Positions 57,942-64,000 of a stretch of DNA of 64,000 nucleotides are shown here, piece by piece; within the stretch, counting starts at the first letter, position 1; every line of letters starts with the position of its first letter. The notes under the pieces were generated by a model, which searched no databases, was not told the DNA's origin, and saw only the letters and a program-made list of their open reading frames with translations. This stretch comes from an uncultured Candidatus Rokubacteria bacterium (GTDB lineage Bacteria; Methylomirabilota; Methylomirabilia; Rokubacteriales; DASRDR01). The position numbers and the translations under genes were made by a program. The stretch is from positions 384,001 through 448,000 of the forward strand of contig CAWGVS010000006.1 in assembly GCA_963826115.1 (NCBI GenBank), given 5' to 3'.

Positions 57942-59024
57942 ATGTCCCGGATCCGCATCGGCGTCGTGGGATGTGGCCTGATCGGCCAGATGATGCACCT
58001 GCCGCACCTCAAGGAGCTCCACGAGCTCTACGAGGTGGTGGCGCTCTGCGACGTCTCGCCGGGCACCCTCCGGTACGTCGGGGACTACTACGGGGTCGCC
58101 CGGCGCCACACCGACCACCGGGAGCTCCTCAAGGAGCCCCTCGACGCCGTCATGGTGCTGAGCGCCGACTCCCACGGCCAGGTCATCGTGGACGCGCTCC
58201 GGGCGAAGAAGCACGTCGTGACCGAGAAGCCGATGTGCTTTGCCATGAGCGAGGCCGACGAGATCCTCGCGGCCCACAAGGCCGCCGGCACCGTGTGCAT
58301 GGTGACCTACATGAAGCGCTACGACCCCGCCTACCGATACGTCGAGCCGCTGATCCGGGGGCTCAAGGACCTCCAGGCGATCGAGATCACCGTGCTCCAT
58401 CCCTCCGAGGCGAACCAGATCGGGCACCACGACATCCGGCGCTTCCCCGACGTGCCGGGCCCGCTGCGGACGCAGCTCCGCGCCGACCAGGACCGGCTGA
58501 TCCGCGAGGCGATCGGGCCCTTCACGCCGCTCGAGCGGCGGGTCTTCGCCGAGAACCTCCTGTCCACGCTCGTCCACGACGTGAACGTGCTCCGCGGTCT
58601 TTCCGGGGACCCGGCCGAGGTGCTGTTCACCGACGTCTGGGCCGGCGGGGAGAGCATGCTGAGCGTCCTGCGCTATCCGTCGGGGGTGCGCGCAACGATC
58701 GTCCTCCATTACCTCCCCGACCTCGCGAACTACCAGGAGACGGTCGCGTATTACGCGAAGGCGGACCGCGTGAAGCTCGTGTTCCCGTCGCCCTTCTTCC
58801 GCAACATGCCGACGGAGATCGTCGTGGAGTCGATGGAAGGGGGCAAGGCGGTGGAGAAGCGCGTCACCGCCTCCCTGAAGGAAGCGTTCAAGGAGGAGCT
58901 GATCCACTTCGCCGAGTGCGTTCGCACCGGCGCGCGCCCGATCACGACACCCGAGGAGGCGCGCGGGGACGTCGCCCTCCTCCACAAGATCTTCCACGCC
59001 ATCAAGCGGCCCCTCGTCGGATGA
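57942..59024 (+). CDS. Gfo/Idh/MocA family oxidoreductase
   Basis: IGVVGCGLIG, HVVTEKP, YMKRYDP and VHD. Confidence 0.92.
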   Translation: MSRIRIGVVGCGLIGQMMHLPHLKELHELYEVVALCDVSPGTLRYVGDYYGVARRHTDHRELLKEPLDAVMVLSADSHGQVIVDALRAKKHVVTEKPMCFAMSEADEILAAHKAAGTVCMVTYMKRYDPAYRYVEPLIRGLKDLQAIEITVLHPSEANQIGHHDIRRFPDVPGPLRTQLRADQDRLIREAIGPFTPLERRVFAENLLSTLVHDVNVLRGLSGDPAEVLFTDVWAGGESMLSVLRYPSGVRATIVLHYLPDLANYQETVAYYAKADRVKLVFPSPFFRNMPTEIVVESMEGGKAVEKRVTASLKEAFKEELIHFAECVRTGARPITTPEEARGDVALLHKIFHAIKRPLVG

Positions 59025-59070
59025 GCCACAGGTTGCCGCAGGCCGAGGGCCGTTCGGTCGAGATCCCCCG

Positions 59071-59868
59071 ATGAGCATGCGCCCCGAGACGCAGGCCGCC
59101 ATTGCCGCCGCCTGGACGGCCGGGCGGATCCTCGAGCGCTGGTTCGGCCGGGTCGGGCCCGTCCGGCTCAAGAGCGCGCGCGACCCGGTCACCCGGGCCG
59201 ACGGCGCGTCCGAGCGGGCGATCCGGCGGCTCCTCGGCCGGCGGTTCCCGACGATCGGGTTCCTCGGGGAGGAGGGCGGCACGGTGGCGACCGGGCCCGA
59301 CGGCCGCTGGATCGTCGACCCGCTCGACGGCACCATCGCCTTCGTCGCCGGGCTGCCGACGTTCGGCGTGTCGATCGCGCTGGAGCGCGCCGGGCGGCTC
59401 GAGGTGGGCGTCATGCTGTTCCCGCGTCTCCGCGAGCTGTTCGTCGCGGAGCGCGGCCGAGGCGCGTGGCTCAACGGCCGGCGGATCCACGTGACGCGGA
59501 CGCGGGACATGGCGCGCTGTGTCCTCTCGCTCTGGCACGAGGCCGGGCTCTGGCGGGACCGCCCGATGCGAGAGCGCGTCGCCCGGCTGGGCGCGGAGGT
59601 CCGCAGCGTCGCCATGGTGGGCGCGTGCTTCTCTCTCGCCTACGTGGCGGCGGGGCGGCTCGACGGCTACTGGGAGCGCCAGGCGCACCCGTGGGACGTG
59701 GCGGCCGGCGCGCTGCTTGTCCGGGAGGCGGGCGGCCGGGTGACCGGTGGCGCGGGCCAGCCCTTCGACGTGGACGAGGCGACCATCGTCGCCTCGAACG
59801 GCCGGATCCACGACCGGATGGTCGCCATCCTGAACGGGCGGCGCCCCCCGGCGCGCCGGACGCGATGA
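59071..59868 (+). CDS. Inositol monophosphatase family protein
   Basis: VTRAD, GEE, WIVDPLDGT and HPWDVAAGALLVREAGG. Confidence 0.92.
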   Translation: MSMRPETQAAIAAAWTAGRILERWFGRVGPVRLKSARDPVTRADGASERAIRRLLGRRFPTIGFLGEEGGTVATGPDGRWIVDPLDGTIAFVAGLPTFGVSIALERAGRLEVGVMLFPRLRELFVAERGRGAWLNGRRIHVTRTRDMARCVLSLWHEAGLWRDRPMRERVARLGAEVRSVAMVGACFSLAYVAAGRLDGYWERQAHPWDVAAGALLVREAGGRVTGGAGQPFDVDEATIVASNGRIHDRMVAILNGRRPPARRTR

Positions 59869-59996
59869 AGGACGGCGGCGCCCGGGTCCGGCTCGACGCG
59901 GTCACCAAGCGATTCGGCCAGACCCTTGCCGTCGACGCCGTCTCGCTGACCGTCGAGCCGGGCGAGTTCCTCACGGACGCCGCGGAGGTGACGTGA
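59865..59996 (+). pseudogene. Truncated N-terminus of an ABC transporter ATPase
   Basis: MKDGGARVRLDAVTKRFGQTLAVDAVSLTVEPGEFLT, then DAAEVT*. It breaks just before the expected LLGPSGCGKT Walker A. Confidence 0.8.
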
Positions 59997-60874
59997 TGAC
60001 GGTGCCCCTGGCGCGCGGAAGGTTCGGCGTGTCGGCCTGGATCTACGGCGACGCGCCGCTCCCGGAGACCCTCGGCCGCATCGCCGCCGCCGGCTTCGAC
60101 GGGGTGGAGCTCCCCGGCGAGCCTGGCCGCTGGCCGCCGGCGGACCTGCGCCGCTGGCTCGGCGATCACGGGCTCGTGCCGGTCGCGCTGACGGCGTCCT
60201 GCTGGCTGACGACCGAGCGCGACCTCGCGCATCCCGACGCGCGGGTCCGCGGCGTCGCCGTGGACTATGTCCGGCGCTGCCTCGACATGGCGGCGGAGAT
60301 CGGGGCGCCCCTCGTGCAGATGCTCGCCTCCGGCGAGCCCCGCCTCGCGCCGATCGCCACCCGCGACGCGGAGTGGGCCTGGTCGGTGGCGGGCATGCAG
60401 GCGGCGGCGCGCGACGCGGAGCGGACCGGCGTGCGCATCTGCGTCGAGCCGCTGAACCGCTACGAGGCCTACCTCGTGACCTCGGCCCGCGAGGCCCTGG
60501 CCTACGTCGACGCCGTCGGATCGCACGCGGTCGGCATGACGCTCGATCTCTTCCACGCCAACATCGAAGAGCCCGACGTCGCGGCCTCGATTCGCCTGGC
60601 CGGGCCGCGGCTCTGGCACGTGCAGGCCGCCGACACGACGCGGCGGGGCCTCGGTCACGGGCACCTCGACCTCGCGGCGGTCGCGGCCGCGCTGGCGGCC
60701 ATCGACTACGGCGGCGCCCTGGTGGTGGAGATCGTGGCGCCGGGGCCCGACCCGTTCCGGGCGATCAAGGACGCCGAGTCCGCCGGGATCCTCGACCGCG
60801 ACATCCGGGAGTCGCTCGACCGGCTCCGGGCGCACTGGCCCCCGCGAGCCGGGGCGCGACGGCCAGGCAGGTGA
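59996..60874 (+). CDS. Sugar phosphate isomerase/epimerase (D-tagatose 3-epimerase / IolI-IolO-like TIM barrel)
   Basis: GFDGVEL, EPLNRYE, DLFHANIEE, HVQAAD..R...GHGHLD and VVE. Confidence 0.88.
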   Translation: MTVPLARGRFGVSAWIYGDAPLPETLGRIAAAGFDGVELPGEPGRWPPADLRRWLGDHGLVPVALTASCWLTTERDLAHPDARVRGVAVDYVRRCLDMAAEIGAPLVQMLASGEPRLAPIATRDAEWAWSVAGMQAAARDAERTGVRICVEPLNRYEAYLVTSAREALAYVDAVGSHAVGMTLDLFHANIEEPDVAASIRLAGPRLWHVQAADTTRRGLGHGHLDLAAVAAALAAIDYGGALVVEIVAPGPDPFRAIKDAESAGILDRDIRESLDRLRAHWPPRAGARRPGR

Positions 60875-60896
60875 TCGCGACCGGAGGGATTGCCCC

Positions 60897-61679
60897 ATGA
60901 AGCTCGGCTGCATCTGTGGCTCGTTCAACCGCTCCTTCGCCGCCGGCGCGATGGACCAGCTCCGCTTCGTCGCGCACTGCGGCGACACCCTCGGCGTGGC
61001 CGGGGTCGAGTTCCAGGACGTCCACTTTCCGGAGACGCGGCCCGCCTACCTCGACCGGCTGCGCCGCGCGGCGACGGACCGGGGGCTCGCCATCATCGGG
61101 ATCGGGATCCACAACGATTTCGGCCGCCAGGACGACTTCCTCCGCCAGAGCGAGGTCGTGAAGGTGAAGCAGTGGGTCGAGGTGGCCGAGCGCATCGGCG
61201 CGCCGATGGTCCGCGTCTTCGCCGGCTGGCCGGAGGGCCCGGCCGCCGAGCGCTGGGACGGCATGATCGCGAACCTCAGGGAGGCCGCCGCGTTCGCGCA
61301 GGCCGCCGGCGTGCGCCTCGGGCTCGAGAACGAGGCGGGCTTCACGCCGTCCGTTGCCGAGCACCTCCGGATCCTGGAGGAGGTGGGCTCGCCCGCGCTC
61401 GGTCTCCTCCTCGACACGGGCAACTATCCGGCCGGCTGGCCGTCGGTCGTGACGGCGGCGCCGCGCGCGATCCACGTCCACGCGAAGTTCTGGAAGGTGG
61501 GCCCGGGCGGGGAAGAGCCGTCGATGGACTACCCGGCCCTCCTCGCAGGGCTGCGGCAGAGGGACTACGGCGGGTGGATCACCTTCGAGTACGAGGCGGC
61601 CGAGCCGGAAGCGTCGGGACTTCCGCGCGCCTTCGCCTACCTGCGCGGGCTGATGGCGTCCGAGGGAGCGAAGCGCTAG
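60897..61679 (+). CDS. Xylose-isomerase-like TIM barrel sugar isomerase/epimerase
   Basis: RVFAG, LGLEN, LDTGN, HVHAK and ITFEYE. Confidence 0.85.
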   Translation: MKLGCICGSFNRSFAAGAMDQLRFVAHCGDTLGVAGVEFQDVHFPETRPAYLDRLRRAATDRGLAIIGIGIHNDFGRQDDFLRQSEVVKVKQWVEVAERIGAPMVRVFAGWPEGPAAERWDGMIANLREAAAFAQAAGVRLGLENEAGFTPSVAEHLRILEEVGSPALGLLLDTGNYPAGWPSVVTAAPRAIHVHAKFWKVGPGGEEPSMDYPALLAGLRQRDYGGWITFEYEAAEPEASGLPRAFAYLRGLMASEGAKR

Positions 61680-61758
61680 AGGAACGTCGGGTCAGCCCCG
61701 CATGCGCTGGTGTCGAGCCGCGAGGCGCGGCGGCCGGTCCCGGACAGCGTGGAGAGGG

Positions 61759-61950
61759 TTACGCGAACGAGGGCGTGTCCTCGCTGTCGGTGCGGGGGCG
61801 GGGGAGCAAGGAAGGCCCCTGGCGGCGGTCCTCGATCACGTCGACCCAGCCGAACTCCGCGAAGAGCTCGCGGACGGCTTCCAGCAGGCTGTTCTGCCCG
61901 CGTGCCACGACCAGGAGCGCTCGCTCGTCCCGAGGATCGGTGCCCGCCAT
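61759..61950 (-). CDS. Small hypothetical protein (63 aa)
   Basis: MAGTDPRDERALLVVARGQNSLLEAVRELFAEFGWVDVIEDRRQG..., with a good RBS (GGAAGGGGG) before ATG 61950. Confidence 0.65.
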   Translation of the reverse strand: MAGTDPRDERALLVVARGQNSLLEAVRELFAEFGWVDVIEDRRQGPSLLPRPRTDSEDTPSFA

Positions 61951-62076
61951 CTGAGCCCCCTTCCGGGTGGATCGATCGGCCACGAATCCACTGCCGCGAC
62001 GCTGCCGGGATCATACCGCAGGGCCGCGCGCAACCGCTAGCGGCGGCCGTCAACCGGCCCGGCGGGCGCCGCGCGA

Positions 62077-62105
62077 TTGACTCTCCCGGAGGGGCCCCAC
62101 AGAAT
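62077..62105 (+). promoter_or_regulatory. Putative sigma70 promoter giving a leaderless pfkB transcript
   Basis: TTGACT-17 nt-CAGAAT. The predicted +1 falls on the GTG at 62112. Confidence 0.5.
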
Positions 62106-62111
62106 GACCAC

Positions 62112-62969
62112 GTGGCACCTGGCCGCTCGGGCGAGCCTCTCGACTTCGTGGCGGTGGGCCACCTCACCGTCGACGAGCTGTCTGGCGGGCTGCGCCCGGG
62201 CGGATCGGCGCTCTACGCGGGGCTTTTCGCTCACCAGCAGGGTCTCCGGGTCGGGCTCCTGACGAGCTACGGCCCGGACTTCCCCTTCGAGGTCCTCCCG
62301 CCGGAGATCGAGGTAGTCGGGGTACCGGCCGCGGGGACCACGCGGTTCGCGCTCGACTACCGGCCGGAAGGCCGGCGCCTGACCCTCAAGGAACGCGCCG
62401 CCCGGCTCGAGCCCCAGCACCTGCCGCCCCACTTCGCGGAGGCCGGGCTCGCGTACCTCTGCCCCATCGCGGACGAGGTCGCGCCCGACCTGGTGGACGC
62501 CTTTCCCGAGGCGGCCGTCGGCGTGGGGGCCCAGGGCTGGTGCCGGGTGTGGGACGAGGCGGGCGTCGTGGCGATGCGGCCCTGGCCCGATCCCCGGCCG
62601 ATCCTGGCGCGCGCCCAGGCGCTGTTCCTGTCGAGCGATGACGTGGCGGGCTGGGAGGAGCGCGCGATCGAGCTCTACCAGGAGGTGCCCCTCGGGGCCC
62701 TCACCTTCGCCGACAAGGGCGCCGTCCTCTTCGTGAACGGCGAGCGGCACGCGGTGGCCGCCGCGCGGGCACGAGAGGTCGAGCCGACCGGGGCGGGGGA
62801 CGTCTTCGCCGCCGCTTTCCTCCTTCGCTACAACCTCACCGGCGATCCGTTCGAGGCCGCGTCGTACGCGGCGGTGGCGGGGGCGCTCACGGTGGAGGCT
62901 CCGGGCATCGCCGGCGTGCCGACGGCCGAGCAGCTGGCCGGCCGGTGGCGGGCCTCGCAGCCGCGCTGA
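62112..62969 (+). CDS. PfkB family carbohydrate kinase
   Basis: VAVGHLTVD, PGGSALY and EVEPTGAGDVFAAAFL. Confidence 0.88.
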   Translation: MAPGRSGEPLDFVAVGHLTVDELSGGLRPGGSALYAGLFAHQQGLRVGLLTSYGPDFPFEVLPPEIEVVGVPAAGTTRFALDYRPEGRRLTLKERAARLEPQHLPPHFAEAGLAYLCPIADEVAPDLVDAFPEAAVGVGAQGWCRVWDEAGVVAMRPWPDPRPILARAQALFLSSDDVAGWEERAIELYQEVPLGALTFADKGAVLFVNGERHAVAAARAREVEPTGAGDVFAAAFLLRYNLTGDPFEAASYAAVAGALTVEAPGIAGVPTAEQLAGRWRASQPR

Positions 62970-63014
62970 GCCGGCTGCCGCGCCCCGGCGCGCCGGCGGC
63001 CGCGGAGGGACCTC

Positions 63015-63839
63015 ATGGCGCTGAGTGATCTCTGGTGGGTCGCCTTCCTCTTCATCGGCCTCCAGCCGGTCATCAGGCAGAAGGTGCTGGAGGCGAGCCG
63101 GCTCCGCGTCCTCAAGCGGCTCGAGCAGAACCGGCGGAGCCGCGTGATCGCGCTCGTGCACCGCCAGGAGACGATGAGCCTCCTCGGCTTCCCGATCATG
63201 CGCTACATCGACGTCCACGACTCCGAGGAGGTGCTCCGCGCGATCGAGCTGACGGACCCCGACGTGCCGATCGACCTCGTCGTGCACACGCCGGGCGGCC
63301 TCGTGCTGGCCGCGGGCCAGATCGCCCACGCGCTGAAGCGCCACCGTGGCAAGGTCACCGTGTTCGTGCCGCACTACGCGATGTCGGGCGGCACGCTCCT
63401 CGCCCTCGCCGCCGACGAGATCGCGATGGCGGCCAACGCCGTCCTGGGACCGGTGGACCCTCAGCTCGGCCAGTCGCCCGCGGCGTCGATCCTCTCGGTG
63501 CTCGAGCGCAAGGAGATGAAGGACATCGACGACCAGACGCTGATCCTCGCGGACGTGGCGCGGAAGGCGGTCGTGCAGGTGCAGATCATGGTTCGCGACC
63601 TCCTGATGGAGCACATGCCCGAGGAGAAGGCGACGGACCTCGCCGTGAAGCTCGCGACCGGCACCTGGACCCACGACTACGCGATCACCGTCGAGGAAGC
63701 GCAGGCGCTCGGGCTCCCGGTGACGACGGAGATGCCGGCCGAGGTCTACGAGCTGATGCGGCTGTTCCCGCAGCCCACGCGCACGCGGCCGTCGGTGGAG
63801 TACGTGCCGATTCCGTACCGGCAGCCCAAGGAGCCCTGA
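63015..63839 (+). CDS. SDH-family ClpP-fold serine protease
   Basis: LVHRQETMSLLGFP, HTPGGLVLAA, PHYAMSGGT, LGPVDPQ and WTHDY. Confidence 0.9.
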   Translation: MALSDLWWVAFLFIGLQPVIRQKVLEASRLRVLKRLEQNRRSRVIALVHRQETMSLLGFPIMRYIDVHDSEEVLRAIELTDPDVPIDLVVHTPGGLVLAAGQIAHALKRHRGKVTVFVPHYAMSGGTLLALAADEIAMAANAVLGPVDPQLGQSPAASILSVLERKEMKDIDDQTLILADVARKAVVQVQIMVRDLLMEHMPEEKATDLAVKLATGTWTHDYAITVEEAQALGLPVTTEMPAEVYELMRLFPQPTRTRPSVEYVPIPYRQPKEP

Positions 63840-63845
63840 GGCCTC

Positions 63846-63874
63846 GGGCTGCCCGGCCGGTGGGCCGGCGGCCC
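63846..63874. terminator. GC hairpin between convergent genes
   Basis: Imperfect inverted repeat GGGCTGCCCGGCC / GGCCGGCGGCCC. Confidence 0.4.
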
Positions 63875-64000
63875 TCAGTGGTTCTTGCGGATGCTGCCGA
63901 CGAGCGACGCGTAGCCCGCGCGGAGCACCGCGGCGTCCGACGAGTAGTTGATCAGGGTCACCCCGAGGGCGATCATCTCGCGCACGCCCTCCAGACTGTC
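63875..64000 (-). CDS. 3' end of a probable HpcH/HpaI aldolase family protein (partial)
   Basis: My translation DSLEGVREMIALGVTLINYSSDAAVLRAGYASLVGSIRKNH* resembles the HpcH C-terminus (GxxxxxxSSDxxxL). Only 41 residues are visible. Confidence 0.5.
   Translation of the reverse strand, partial: DSLEGVREMIALGVTLINYSSDAAVLRAGYASLVGSIRKNH

Noticed and set aside
40939-59024. Kanosamine (ntdABC/kabABC) pathway built from the HAD phosphatase, DegT and Gfo/Idh/MocA genes
   Set aside because: The HAD gene is about 14 kb away in a different operon. The phosphatase linked to DegT is IMPase-type and the context is inositol.
62112-62969. PfkB kinase as IolC completing the iol pathway
   Set aside because: It has its own promoter, is paired with a protease and lacks recognisable IolC-specific sequence. 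The link is unsupported.

Overview
This is a GC-rich (about 70% by eye), gene-dense bacterial window. Gene style suggests Candidatus Rokubacteria (Methylomirabilota), but that is inference. It has four blocks. (1) 0.4-4.6 kb: a lipid-modification trio (CDP-alcohol phosphotransferase with a nucleotidyltransferase-like N-terminus, an HpnL/LPG-synthase-TM-like flippase and the radical SAM HpnJ), followed by a low-molecular-weight tyrosine phosphatase. (2) 4.6-43.4 kb: a large Wzx/Wzy exopolysaccharide locus with a beta-barrel, two helix-less OPX/Wza paralogues, split Wzc, a ligase-TPR protein, a priming transferase, many glycosyltransferases, AsnB and Fcl. Its apparent control elements are a divergent sigma54 activator with an atypical receiver domain, three sigma54 -24/-12 promoters, an embedded GAF-GAF pseudo-histidine kinase and a c-di-GMP-I riboswitch. 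The riboswitch precedes a 1610-aa secreted protein with 8 CARDB repeats and a clan GH-A-like domain. (3) 43.5-52.4 kb: divergent sugar ABC (ATPase-less) and AfuABC-type sugar-phosphate transporters plus a class III CoA-transferase. (4) 52.4-61.7 kb: iolDE, divergent from an operon of DegT aminotransferase, two Gfo/Idh/MocA dehydrogenases, an inositol monophosphatase and two TIM-barrel isomerases, which suggests aminocyclitol (inosamine-type) metabolism. Three gene remnants record local deletions. I found no rRNA, tRNA, CRISPR array or mobile element.
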